Below are positions 8,770 to 17,659 of a DNA stretch of 35,714 nt, piece after piece. The first letter of the stretch is position 1. Every line of letters starts with the position of its first letter. Location of the stretch: the NCBI GenBank assembly GCA_031380285.1, contig JANNFV010000614.1, positions 1-35,714 on the forward strand. The letters run 5' to 3'. The DNA is from Hyphomicrobiales bacterium. Lineage in GTDB: Bacteria; Pseudomonadota; Alphaproteobacteria; Rhizobiales; Beijerinckiaceae. Below the pieces are notes generated by a model. That model was not told the origin of the DNA and did no database searches. It saw nothing but the letters and a program-made list of their open reading frames with translations. The position numbers and the translations under genes are program-made.

Positions 8770-9901
8770 AGGCAGCCTGCGCATTCAGCCGCAAAGGCCG
8801 CAGACGCTTGCCATCAGCGTCGAAGAGGAACGATTTCGCAGGATCGGGCCTAAACCTGATCTCCTCGCCAACAAGGGCGCGTGGCCGCAGGTCCGGGGCA
8901 ATCCGGCAGATCACTGGGCTCTTGTTGGCAATGGTCTCGGCGTGGAGCAGCGCACAATCGCCCAGGAACTCCATATGCGTGACACGCGCTGGAATGCCGT
9001 CGGCAGCAGGCTTTATATCCTCGGGCCTCACAGCGAAAGTGACCGGGCCGTGCATCGAAGAGACAAGCCCGATCTCGATGCCATCGATGGCAACGGACCC
9101 GCTCTCGTCAGCTTCTGCCGGAAAGGTATTGATCCTGGGTGAGCCGATGAACGCTGCGACGCGAATGTCGGTTGGGTTGAGGTAGATTTCCTCCGGCGAC
9201 GCAACCTGCAGGATCTCGCCGCTCATCATGACCGCGACCCGGTCCGACATCGTCATCGCCTCGGACTGGTCGTGGGTCACGTACACCGTTGCCGCACCAA
9301 CCCGCCGGTGCAACGCCACGATTTCCGCCCGGGTCTGCACACGCAGCGCGGCATCGAGGTTCGAAAGCGGTTCATCCATCAGGAAGACGCGCGGCTGGCG
9401 GACGATGGCGCGTCCCAGCGCCACGCGCTGCCGCTGTCCGCCAGAGAGTTGAGCTGGCTTGCGCTCCATCAGATGTCCGATGCCCAGCATCCCGGACGTA
9501 CGCGCAACATCTTCCGCAATGGTGGCGAGCTTGGCTCTCGCATCCCCCACGAAGCGACCGACGAAGGGCACCCGTTGAAATGCCGAGAGGCGCCGCATGA
9601 CCAGCGGCACGGCCAGATTCTGGGCGACAGTCAAATGCGGGTAGAGCGCATAGTTCTGGAAGACCATGGCAACGTCGCGGTCTGCGGCGCGGATGGCGGT
9701 CACATCCCGTCCTTCAATCATCACTGTCCCGCTCGATGCAGTCTCAAGCCCGGCAATGATGCGCATCAAGGTGGTCTTGCCGCATCCCGACGGCCCGACG
9801 AGAGAGACGAACTCGCCTTTGCGCACGTCAAGCGACACACCCTTCAGCACCTCGGTTGCGCCAAAGGCTTTCGTGATCGCCGTGACTGAAACACCCGCCA
9901 T
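8762..9901 (-). CDS. ABC transporter ATP-binding protein (UgpC/MalK type with C-terminal regulatory domain)
   Basis: Walker A is GPSGCGKTT, the signature is LSGGQRQRVALGRA, and Walker B is VFLMDEPLSNLD. At 379 aa it has the MalK-like C-terminal extension. Confidence 0.93.
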   Translation of the reverse strand: MAGVSVTAITKAFGATEVLKGVSLDVRKGEFVSLVGPSGCGKTTLMRIIAGLETASSGTVMIEGRDVTAIRAADRDVAMVFQNYALYPHLTVAQNLAVPLVMRRLSAFQRVPFVGRFVGDARAKLATIAEDVARTSGMLGIGHLMERKPAQLSGGQRQRVALGRAIVRQPRVFLMDEPLSNLDAALRVQTRAEIVALHRRVGAATVYVTHDQSEAMTMSDRVAVMMSGEILQVASPEEIYLNPTDIRVAAFIGSPRINTFPAEADESGSVAIDGIEIGLVSSMHGPVTFAVRPEDIKPAADGIPARVTHMEFLGDCALLHAETIANKSPVICRIAPDLRPRALVGEEIRFRPDPAKSFLFDADGKRLRPLRLNAQAAYV

Positions 9902-9964
9902 GTTCTGCCTGCTCTGGATCAGAAGTTCGGTAGGAGCAGCCCATGACGGTTGAGATACGGATTC

Positions 9965-9982
9965 GTGACAATGCCATGAATG
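9965..9982 (-). promoter_or_regulatory. weak candidate Pho box upstream of the ugp-like operon
   Basis: The reverse complement reads CATTCAT GGCA TTGTCAC, with 2 and 1 mismatches to CTGTCAT/CTGTCAC. It lies 64-81 nt upstream of the ATG at 9901. Confidence 0.3.
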
Positions 9983-10123
9983 AGCCCGGCGGTTGGCGAT
10001 TGCCGCTTGCCGCTTGCCGTGCGCAAGGAAGAACCACCCGCCACGCTGACAAGCAATCCGAGGCTCATTCTATAGGTGCGCAACAAGGACACCGTGTGCC
10101 AGGGCGCGGATTACCTGGCGCGC

Positions 10124-11914
10124 CTAGGGCTGGCGCAACAGTCCCGTCGTCCGGTAACACTCTGCCAGCACCTCAAAAGCCAACTTTCGCGTTGTTTTAT
10201 CCGCGCCGATGAGGCCCTTGAGGTTGAAGCCACGCTGAAAAATGGTCTGGCGACGCTCCGTGCGAAAATCATAGAGCAGCCAGGCCGCGAGCCCGGCCAC
10301 ATACGGCGTGGCGGCGATGCGGCGAAACTGCTGGCGATAGAACTCTGCCTGCCAGTCCTCGGTGAAAAGCACCCGGCCCGTGCCGCGATGGCCTAGGGCG
10401 GCGTCTGCGCCCGTCTCGCTGATGATGACTGGCTTGTCTGGCCTCGAATTGGCGAGCAGCTGGTCGAGGCCGGAAAAATCCGGCTCGTACCAGCCGAAAT
10501 ACTCATTGAGGCCGATGACATCGAGATGCCGGGCCAGACGGTCGTCGATGGTGAAGTTCTCACGGTTGATCAGGCAGGCTGCCGAGGTCAGCCGCGACGG
10601 GTCGAGCCGTTTCGCTGTTGCGGCCAGGTCCGCCATGAAAGCGAGGCGCGCATCCGTGTCCGCGTTCTCGTTGCCGACGCCCCAGATGATGACACTGGCC
10701 CGGTTGATGTCCCTGAGAATCAGTTCCGAGAGCTGGTTGCGCGCGTCCGCGAGTGTGCCGGGATTGGAGAAGTCGATGGCCCAGTAGACCGGGACCTCGG
10801 CCCAGAGCAGAAACCCGTCCTCATCGGCAAGGCGGGCAACCATCTCGTGGTGCGGATAGTGCGACAACCGGAGGAAATTGCAGCCCAGTTCACGGGCGTG
10901 GCGGAAGCGGCGGCGGATGTCATCCTCCGTCGAGGCCCTGCCCGATTCCAGATCGTCCTCGTGGACGCAGACGCCCTTCAGCCAGACTGGCTTGCCGTTG
11001 AGAAGAATCTGCGTGCCACGTGTCTCAATGGTACGAAAGCCTATCCGCTCGACAACGGTGTCCTCTGCATACCTGAAAAGGATGTCGTAGAGTCGGGGGC
11101 TGTCAGGCGACCAGCTCTCGACTGTCGCGTCAACGAGCAGATGTCCCTTTCCGGCGATCACCGGGATACTGGCCGCGAGTCCAATCTCGGGTATACCCAC
11201 TTCGGCAATTGCGGTCACAGCATCAGACAGTTCGATCTCAAACCGGATGTGGTCCCCCTCTGCTATTAACGAGGCGCTGGCGCGACGGATGAAAATCTTG
11301 GGCAAAGGCACCAACGCTACCTCGCGGTAGAGGCCGCCATAGTTGAACCAGTCGATGTGATGCATCGGCACGCGATCCGCTTGCCGCCGATTTTCCACAT
11401 AAACTTGCAAGCGGTTTCGTCCTGACTTGAGACTCTCTGTGACCTCAATACAGAACGGCGTAGAGCCGCCGCGATGCCCGCCGACATGCACGCCGTTCAG
11501 GAACACCGATGTTGCGTAATTCGCTCCGCCGAACGACAGGATGACCCGTTGCTCTGCATCACTCGCCTGCCAGTCGAACCAGCGCGTGTACCAGGCCGCG
11601 CCCTCGAAATACATCCATTCCGGCTTGAGGATATTCCAGCAGGAGGGCACCTGAACCAGTTCTCCCGCCTCGATCTCGTAGTCGCGGGGAACAGTCCATT
11701 GTGACGGCGGAGTTTCATCCAGCGCAAACCAACGCTGACGCAGGCCTTCGTCGAACAGATCAAGCGTCATCCGCCATTCGCCGTTGAGAGAGACTGTCGT
11801 CCTGCCAGCAAGTGTTACCAGCGTTGGCGCCATCGCGAGGCGCTGCGCAAAGGTCTGCGCATAATCCTCGTCATGGAGATGCGCGAACGGGTCTCCCGTT
11901 TCCGCCCCGGTCAT
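10124..11914 (-). CDS. glycoside hydrolase family 2 (beta-glucuronidase/beta-galactosidase-like)
   Basis: Track ORF 10124..12034. I trimmed the start to the ATG at 11914, which forms an ATGA overlap with the upstream stop codon. GH2-like blocks are VPSCWN, FGGANYATSVFLNGVHVGGHRGGSTPF, RLSHYPH, IIWGVGNEN (acid/base Glu) and IISETGAD (nucleophile Glu). Confidence 0.88.
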   Translation of the reverse strand: MTGAETGDPFAHLHDEDYAQTFAQRLAMAPTLVTLAGRTTVSLNGEWRMTLDLFDEGLRQRWFALDETPPSQWTVPRDYEIEAGELVQVPSCWNILKPEWMYFEGAAWYTRWFDWQASDAEQRVILSFGGANYATSVFLNGVHVGGHRGGSTPFCIEVTESLKSGRNRLQVYVENRRQADRVPMHHIDWFNYGGLYREVALVPLPKIFIRRASASLIAEGDHIRFEIELSDAVTAIAEVGIPEIGLAASIPVIAGKGHLLVDATVESWSPDSPRLYDILFRYAEDTVVERIGFRTIETRGTQILLNGKPVWLKGVCVHEDDLESGRASTEDDIRRRFRHARELGCNFLRLSHYPHHEMVARLADEDGFLLWAEVPVYWAIDFSNPGTLADARNQLSELILRDINRASVIIWGVGNENADTDARLAFMADLAATAKRLDPSRLTSAACLINRENFTIDDRLARHLDVIGLNEYFGWYEPDFSGLDQLLANSRPDKPVIISETGADAALGHRGTGRVLFTEDWQAEFYRQQFRRIAATPYVAGLAAWLLYDFRTERRQTIFQRGFNLKGLIGADKTTRKLAFEVLAECYRTTGLLRQP

Positions 11915-13062
11915 GGCTGGTGGTGCCAATTGGCGACGCGGTAACCGATGCCGATCATCCGCCGAAAATTCCAGCCCCAGCGGCCCGGCCAGAGGACATC
12001 GGCGATCATGGCAATGGCGATCCAGCGGAACCATGTCGCAAAGGTATTGGAATGTCCTTGCGGCTCCTCGTAGCCTTTCACCCAGCCGTCCTGCCTTCGG
12101 ATACCGTCTCTGACATCGCAGAAGCCGCCATCGGCGTTCTGGAAGGTGAGCAGAGCGTCCAGCATCGTCGCCAGCCGGGCCTCTATTTCGGTGCGCCGGT
12201 GGTCCAGCATCCGCCAGCCGTGGATCAGCACATCGACGGCGTCGACATCGATGCAGGCGCTGTCGATGGCGGGTGGGAGGGTGAGGCAGTAATCGACCGC
12301 GCGGTCCTGCCCGATCAGCGTGCGACCCTCATGGTACCAGATGTGGAAGTTGTGCATGGATCCGGCAAAGGCGTGCAGCAGGCGGGTCTTGTCGGAGAGC
12401 TGGCCGACACCCCAGAAGCCGGTTGTCGGTTCGCGCAGCCGATCGTGCCAAGCGTAGAGGATATCGAGCGCGGCGTTGACTTTTGCTTGCATCGCGGCAT
12501 TGCCGTCCCGCCGCATCAGCAGCAGGAAGCTCGCCAGATTGACGATGTTGTTGCCCTCCTGCCAGGGATCCCGCAGGTCGCGGTCGGCGAGCCAGGCCTT
12601 GAGGGTCAGGGGATCGAGATAAGCCGCCGCAAAATCGAGCTGCGGCTGGCGGCCAGGCTCCAGCGCGTCGATGGCGCCAAGTGTGTAGTTGCTCACATGC
12701 CAATCGATGTAGCGCCAGGTCTCTTCGACATCCGGTTTTTTGAAAACATCTGCCGCCGCCATCCCCGGGATTCGGAAGCGGCCGTCGGGTAAGCGGCTGG
12801 CCTCCAGCCACGCCACGAGGTTGGCAGCATCTTCCTCGGGCCAGCCCTCGAGACCGCCCAGGAGGTCCATGCACATGACGCCGTTGTAGGTTCCAGGCAG
12901 CAGCATGCCTGGCCAGGTGCTGGCGCTGTGTACGGCACTGATCCGCATGACGCCGCGAGGCGAACCCTTGGCCTGCATCGCACCGAGCCAGTCCAATGTC
13001 CGGGCGCGTGACACGTCGATCCGTTCGGCAAGCCGGTCCATCGCTCCGATCTTCTTTAGCAT
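11911..13062 (-). CDS. hypothetical enzyme, probably an alpha/alpha-toroid fold (prenyltransferase/terpene-cyclase-like or glycoside-hydrolase/epimerase-like repeats)
   Basis: This is a 383-aa ORF with a GAAGGGA Shine-Dalgarno sequence. It starts 4 nt after the permease stop and is coupled by ATGA to the GH2 gene. Trp/Gly-rich repeats, including FQNADGGF, suggest the fold. I could not assign a family with confidence. Confidence 0.7.
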   Translation of the reverse strand: MLKKIGAMDRLAERIDVSRARTLDWLGAMQAKGSPRGVMRISAVHSASTWPGMLLPGTYNGVMCMDLLGGLEGWPEEDAANLVAWLEASRLPDGRFRIPGMAAADVFKKPDVEETWRYIDWHVSNYTLGAIDALEPGRQPQLDFAAAYLDPLTLKAWLADRDLRDPWQEGNNIVNLASFLLLMRRDGNAAMQAKVNAALDILYAWHDRLREPTTGFWGVGQLSDKTRLLHAFAGSMHNFHIWYHEGRTLIGQDRAVDYCLTLPPAIDSACIDVDAVDVLIHGWRMLDHRRTEIEARLATMLDALLTFQNADGGFCDVRDGIRRQDGWVKGYEEPQGHSNTFATWFRWIAIAMIADVLWPGRWGWNFRRMIGIGYRVANWHHQP

Positions 13063-13066
13063 GGGC

Positions 13067-13909
13067 TCATCCCTTCACCGCCCCTGAGGCCATGCCTTCC
13101 ATGACCCGCTTCTGCGCCAGCAGGAACAGCACCGCTACCGGCAGCGTGGTCAGCACGGCGAGCGCCATGATCCCCTGAAAGTTCGATCCCAGCTCGCTAT
13201 TCATGGAAAGCAGCGCCACCGGCAGCGTGTAAGTGTCCGGTGATTTCGAGACGACGAGAATTGGGAACCATTGCGACCAGTTGAGGAGGAAGGTGATCAG
13301 CGCCACTGTCGCGGTGATAGGCGCTGCTATCGGCAGCACGATCATGAACAGCACTTGCGCCTCGCTTGCCCCGTCGATGATCGCCGCCTCGATCACCTCG
13401 CCGGGTATGGCGCGGAAGAACTGCTCGAAAAGGAAGAACTGGATCGGTCCCAGGGCCAGGAACAGGATGATTCCGGCGTAGGACCCCAGCAATCCCAGCT
13501 TGAACATCACGAGATAGACCGGGATGACGAGCAGCATGTAGGGATACATGATCGTCACCAAGAATCCGTAGCGCAGGAATCGGAAGCCCGGCAGGTCCGG
13601 TCGCCGCACCAGTGAATAGGCACCAAGTGCCGTGCAGACGACCGACAACAGCGTGGACAACCCGGTTATCAGAAGCGAGTTGAAGACATAGACCCAAAGA
13701 TCGATACCGCCGATACGTCCGATCTCCCGGAAGATCGAGAAGTCCAGATGCTCCGGGAAGAGCCTGAGCGGATCGCCCATGATGGCGCGCGTCGGTCGGA
13801 AGGCGCTGACCACCATCCACCAGTAGGGATAAAGGAAGACGAGGCTGGTGAGTCCTGCGACTGCATAGGCAAGCATCTGCAGGGACCGGTTGGGACGCAT
13901 TTCAGTCAT
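13067..13909 (-). CDS. carbohydrate ABC transporter permease
   Basis: Track ORF 13067..14287. I trimmed the start to MTEMRPNRSLQMLAYAVAG, where the ATG at 13909 forms an ATGA overlap with the upstream permease stop. The EAA loop is AAIIDGASEAQVLFMIVLPIAAP. Confidence 0.9.
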   Translation of the reverse strand: MTEMRPNRSLQMLAYAVAGLTSLVFLYPYWWMVVSAFRPTRAIMGDPLRLFPEHLDFSIFREIGRIGGIDLWVYVFNSLLITGLSTLLSVVCTALGAYSLVRRPDLPGFRFLRYGFLVTIMYPYMLLVIPVYLVMFKLGLLGSYAGIILFLALGPIQFFLFEQFFRAIPGEVIEAAIIDGASEAQVLFMIVLPIAAPITATVALITFLLNWSQWFPILVVSKSPDTYTLPVALLSMNSELGSNFQGIMALAVLTTLPVAVLFLLAQKRVMEGMASGAVKG

Positions 13910-14796
13910 CGCCTTGCTCCCCTTTCGCCAATGAGAAAGGCGCTCATCGAGATCACGATCACGATGCAGAAAAGGATTGTCGCCATGGCCGTCGCCTCGC
14001 CGTATCGGCCCTGATCGAAAAGCTGATAGGCGTAGTAGCTGACGAAGTTGGTCTGGTCGTTCGGCCCGCCCTTGGTCATCACCACGACGACGGTGAACGT
14101 CTTGAGGAACTGGATCAGCGCGTAGACCGTGTTGATGATGAGCGCTGGCCTCAGTTGCGGCAGGATGACATAGCGCCAGCGCTGCCAGGCCGTCGCGCCG
14201 TCTATATGCGCGGCCTCTTCCAGAGCCCGGTCCCGGATCGCGAGGTTTGCAAGGAAAATGATCATGTAAAAGCCAGCGTGGTGCCAAAGCTCGGCGATCA
14301 GCAGCGACAGCATGGCAGTATCGACGCCCGAAAGGCCGGAAAAGGCGGGCAGCCCGAGGAGCTTCAGGAAGGCGTTGATCGCCCCGAAGGAGCGGTCGTA
14401 GAGCCAGCGCCAGACGACATAGCCCGCGACATCAGGTGTCACGACGGGCAGGAAGATGGCGAGGCGGAAGAAAAGGTTGCCGCGTTTGATGAGCGCCGAA
14501 TCCAGCAGAAGCGCAAACCCCAGCGCGAAGGCCAGATTGGCAATGACCGATAGCGCCGTGTAGAGCAGTGTCCGAGATAGCGAGGCCAGAAAGATTGGGT
14601 CTGCAAACACGCTGAAGTAATTCGCGAACCCGACATAGGTCGGGTTGGGCCGGAGCGCCGTCGCGGATGCCGTGAACGACACCTGGATCGACAGCAGGAT
14701 CGGCCAGACACCGAAAAGAATCGTCAGTGCCGCGAAGGGCAGCACAAACAGGTAGAAGATTCTGCCACGCCAGATTTCATCGAACATCGCCACCAT
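13906..14796 (-). CDS. carbohydrate ABC transporter permease
   Basis: Track ORF 13906..14844. The likely start is MVAMFDEIWRGRIFYLFVLPF (14796 or 14787). The EAA loop is AAHIDGATAWQRWRYVILPQLRP. Confidence 0.88.
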   Translation of the reverse strand: MVAMFDEIWRGRIFYLFVLPFAALTILFGVWPILLSIQVSFTASATALRPNPTYVGFANYFSVFADPIFLASLSRTLLYTALSVIANLAFALGFALLLDSALIKRGNLFFRLAIFLPVVTPDVAGYVVWRWLYDRSFGAINAFLKLLGLPAFSGLSGVDTAMLSLLIAELWHHAGFYMIIFLANLAIRDRALEEAAHIDGATAWQRWRYVILPQLRPALIINTVYALIQFLKTFTVVVVMTKGGPNDQTNFVSYYAYQLFDQGRYGEATAMATILFCIVIVISMSAFLIGERGARR

Positions 14797-14853
14797 GGAT
14801 TCTGCCCTGTTAGGGTGGCAGCGGGTATTGCCCACCGCCGCCAAAACAGGTCC

Positions 14854-16134
14854 TCAGCCCTTCAGCTTCGCCGCGAGGTCGCGCATTTCCTTCGCGGTCT
14901 CTGCGATGAAGGCCTTCCAATCCGCCGGCGGATTGACGATGCCGGTCAGCAGCTTGCGATGGAACGCCGCCTCAAGCTCGGGATAGAACGTGTGGATGGA
15001 CTCGGGGAAATCGTAGGCGACAAGCCGATGCTCGGCCTTCGCAAAATATTGCGAACGGGGTGATAGCGTTGTGACGTCGAGGTCTTTCCGAACTGCCGCG
15101 CCAACATTCTCAAGGGAGGCCTGCTGCGCGGCCTTTGACAGCATGAACTGGGCGAACTCGACGGCGAGCGCCTTGTTCGGAGAGTTCTCCGGTACGGCGA
15201 CGCCGCGCATGCCGCCAATCACCACGGCGTTCTGCCGGTCAGCCGCAAATTTCGGCCAGGGGCCTGAAACGAAGTCGCCGTTCAGCACATTGGCACCGTC
15301 CCATTTCTTCACGTTCCAGTCGCCGACGCGGAACATCCCTCCACGACCACCTTCGATGACCTGATACATCTCGCCGAAGGAATGGTTGATCGTGTCAGGG
15401 GCAACGAATTTATAGCTGGAATAGGTCTTCAGGAATTCTTCGAGAACCTGCGCATGCGCGGGTTGGTCGATGGTAATCCTGCCGTCCGGATCGATCAGCG
15501 TATGGCGAAGGCCCGAACCGAAGGTGAAGAGGTCGAGCATGTGAATGAGATCGCGCGGCTTGGCGGCCTGTAGCGCCAGCCCAAAGGTATCGGCCTGGCC
15601 GTTTCCATCCGGATCCTTGTCGCGGAAAGCGACGGCCAGGGTCTTCACCTCGTCCCAAGTTTCGGGGAACTTGCCGCCGTTCTTGTCGAGCCAGCTCTTG
15701 CGCACGCCAAAGCCCATCTGCACACGCTGGATCGGGATGATGATCTGCCTGCCCTTGAAGGTGGCGACCCGCAGTTCGTCCTCACTCAGGAACCCCTTGT
15801 CGGTGACCGCGCCCAGCGCCGCCTTCAGATCCATCACCTTGTTGGTTTGGTTCTGGATGCGGATGACGCGCTCGTAATTGTTGTAGATCAGGTCCGGCGA
15901 TGTATCCGTGTTCAGCGCGCTGATGACACGGCCAAACCACTGGTCCGTCGGAAAGCTCAACGACCGGACCGTGACGCCGGGCTTGGCTTTGGCAAATTCG
16001 GCACCCATGGCTTCGAACCACTTGATCCCGTTGTCGCCAAGGTCGTGCCAGACAGTGAGTTGCTGCCCCTTCGCAGGCAGGATGCTGAGGACGGCGAAAA
16101 GGGTCGCACCCAAGAGTTTTCCGAAGCTTCTCAT
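14854..16134 (-). CDS. carbohydrate ABC transporter substrate-binding protein
   Basis: Track ORF 14854..16248. I trimmed the start to MRSFGKLLGATLFAVLSILPAKGQ (signal peptide), which follows GGGAGGAGGAAC. It reads as solute-binding protein family 1. Confidence 0.9.
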   Translation of the reverse strand: MRSFGKLLGATLFAVLSILPAKGQQLTVWHDLGDNGIKWFEAMGAEFAKAKPGVTVRSLSFPTDQWFGRVISALNTDTSPDLIYNNYERVIRIQNQTNKVMDLKAALGAVTDKGFLSEDELRVATFKGRQIIIPIQRVQMGFGVRKSWLDKNGGKFPETWDEVKTLAVAFRDKDPDGNGQADTFGLALQAAKPRDLIHMLDLFTFGSGLRHTLIDPDGRITIDQPAHAQVLEEFLKTYSSYKFVAPDTINHSFGEMYQVIEGGRGGMFRVGDWNVKKWDGANVLNGDFVSGPWPKFAADRQNAVVIGGMRGVAVPENSPNKALAVEFAQFMLSKAAQQASLENVGAAVRKDLDVTTLSPRSQYFAKAEHRLVAYDFPESIHTFYPELEAAFHRKLLTGIVNPPADWKAFIAETAKEMRDLAAKLKG

Positions 16135-16183
16135 GTTCCTCCTCCCAGAGTGAACGGCTCCTCTTGACGAGGATGCAATGTTA

Positions 16184-16199
16184 GGGAAAACGTTTTCCC
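16184..16199. promoter_or_regulatory. LacI-family operator candidate (perfect 16-bp palindrome with central CG)
   Basis: GGGAAAACGTTTTCCC is a perfect palindrome. It lies in the divergent region between the binding-protein gene (start 16134) and the LacI-family gene (start 16203 or 16227). Confidence 0.6.
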
Positions 16200-16202
16200 A
16201 AG

Positions 16203-17246
16203 ATGGATCATAAACCCAGATTAAAGATGCCCGCAAGCGGCGACTCAAAATTTTCCGTCAGCGGCTCGATCAACGCGGTTGCGCAGCGCGCGGGCGTGTC
16301 CATCGCGACCGTTTCGCGGGTCATGAACGGGGTATCGAACAAGGCGTCGCCGGCCACGGTCGCACGGGTCAGGGAAGCCATCGCGGCGCTCGACTACCGA
16401 CCGACCAGCGCAGGTCGGGCGCTACGCCAGAAGACGAGCCACCTGGTTGCCGTGCTTGCCGCCAATCTTGCCAACCCCGCCATGGCTGCCATTGCAGCGT
16501 CGGCAGAGACGGCGCTGCGCCAGAAGGGCCTGGTCATGGTGCTGTGCGACACGCACGACCGGCCGGATCTGCAGGACGAGTACCTGAGAGAGATGCTGGC
16601 CCAGCAGGCCCGCGCCATCGTTCTTCTGGGGGCGGTGGACAGCCCCATGCTGCTAAAGGTGCAGGAAGGCTCGACACCGCTGATCTTCGTCAATCGACGC
16701 AATCCCACCGGCGCGGAAAGCGCGTTTGTCGGTATCGATAATCGCAGGGCCGGTGAGGATGTTGCGCATTGGGCGATTGCACAGGGACTGCGAAGGATCG
16801 CCCTTTTCCATGCGCCAACGTCCTCGTCGGCAACGCGCGAGCGGGTATCGGGCATCATCGCGGGTTTTGCCGACGCAGGCGCAGCGCTGTCGAAAGACCT
16901 GGTGCTATCGCCGGTCTCCGGGGACCATCTGACGATTGGATTGGAAGCCGCACGGCAACTCCTGGCCAAGGGAGAGCAGCCTGACCTTGTGATCTGCACA
17001 AGCGATCTGATCGCCTTCGGCGCGGCTCGGGCTTGGCGTGAGCTGCGATCAGGCAACCCCATGCCACGCATGATCGGTTTCGACGATTCACCCATGAACG
17101 AGTGGCTCGCGCCTGAACTCAGCTCCATCCGCATCCCCTATGCAGGCTTTGGCGAAGCGATCGTTGCTGCCCTCATGGAACCGAAGGCGAGCCTCCTTAC
17201 GATCCTGCCCCATAAGATCATCGAGCGCGGCCAAAAATCCGCCTGA
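16203..17246 (+). CDS. LacI family transcriptional regulator
   Basis: The N-terminal HTH is INAVAQRAGVSIATVSRVMNG, followed by a periplasmic-binding-protein-like effector domain. An alternative start is the ATG at 16227. Confidence 0.9.
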   Translation: MDHKPRLKMPASGDSKFSVSGSINAVAQRAGVSIATVSRVMNGVSNKASPATVARVREAIAALDYRPTSAGRALRQKTSHLVAVLAANLANPAMAAIAASAETALRQKGLVMVLCDTHDRPDLQDEYLREMLAQQARAIVLLGAVDSPMLLKVQEGSTPLIFVNRRNPTGAESAFVGIDNRRAGEDVAHWAIAQGLRRIALFHAPTSSSATRERVSGIIAGFADAGAALSKDLVLSPVSGDHLTIGLEAARQLLAKGEQPDLVICTSDLIAFGAARAWRELRSGNPMPRMIGFDDSPMNEWLAPELSSIRIPYAGFGEAIVAALMEPKASLLTILPHKIIERGQKSA

Positions 17247-17659
17247 CATTTCCCAATTGGATCAAGATTCCCGCGCGTATTGCGCCTATTCAAGCAAAAC
17301 GGAAATGTCCGCTTCGTACAAGTGTCCTCCCACCCCCGCAATGACCGACAAGGGTCAAACATGGGCATCATGCGCCAGGTGCAGACGTTCGGGACACAAG
17401 CAAAAAAAGGCAACGGCAGACATTTGATTTCTCCGAACAAGGGCGCTGGTGACAGTCAAAAACAACTGAAGAGTTCCCTTTGAATTCGGGCTCACGTGCG
17501 CGGCGCACTTCCCTCTTTGATCCTCGGCCAAAGCCGCGCAGTTGCCATGCAGCCTGAGAGACGGTGTGAATCCTTCGGTCATCACCGAAGCTTCAATGAT
17601 CAATTGTAGTGCACTGTGACCTCTCCATCGGGAGGATGCTGCATTCATGTTACGAGAGA

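Noticed and set aside
10011-10029. Heptamer tandem repeat TGCCGCT x2.7 downstream of the GH2 gene
   Set aside because: It is too short and too low in copy number to call a functional repeat. It is probably slippage noise next to a GC-rich hairpin (10098..10124) at the GH2 stop codon.
13910-14287. N-terminal extensions of track ORFs (13067..14287, 23530..24648, 2208..3701, 14854..16248, 18242..19339, 10124..12034, 21494..21967, 359..1306)
   Set aside because: In each case an internal ATG with a Shine-Dalgarno sequence begins a proper signal peptide or conserved N-terminus. It often forms an ATGA or TGATG overlap with the upstream gene. The extended parts overlap neighbouring genes and read as noise.
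17613-17630. CTGTGACC-containing stretch resembling part of tRNA-Val (CTGTGACCCCTACCATG), considered as a possible att direct repeat marking the left island border
   Set aside because: Only an 8-nt exact match, followed by gapped similarity. A match of that length is expected by chance in 1 kb. Serine recombinases also need no long tRNA-derived repeat. The left border stays undefined.
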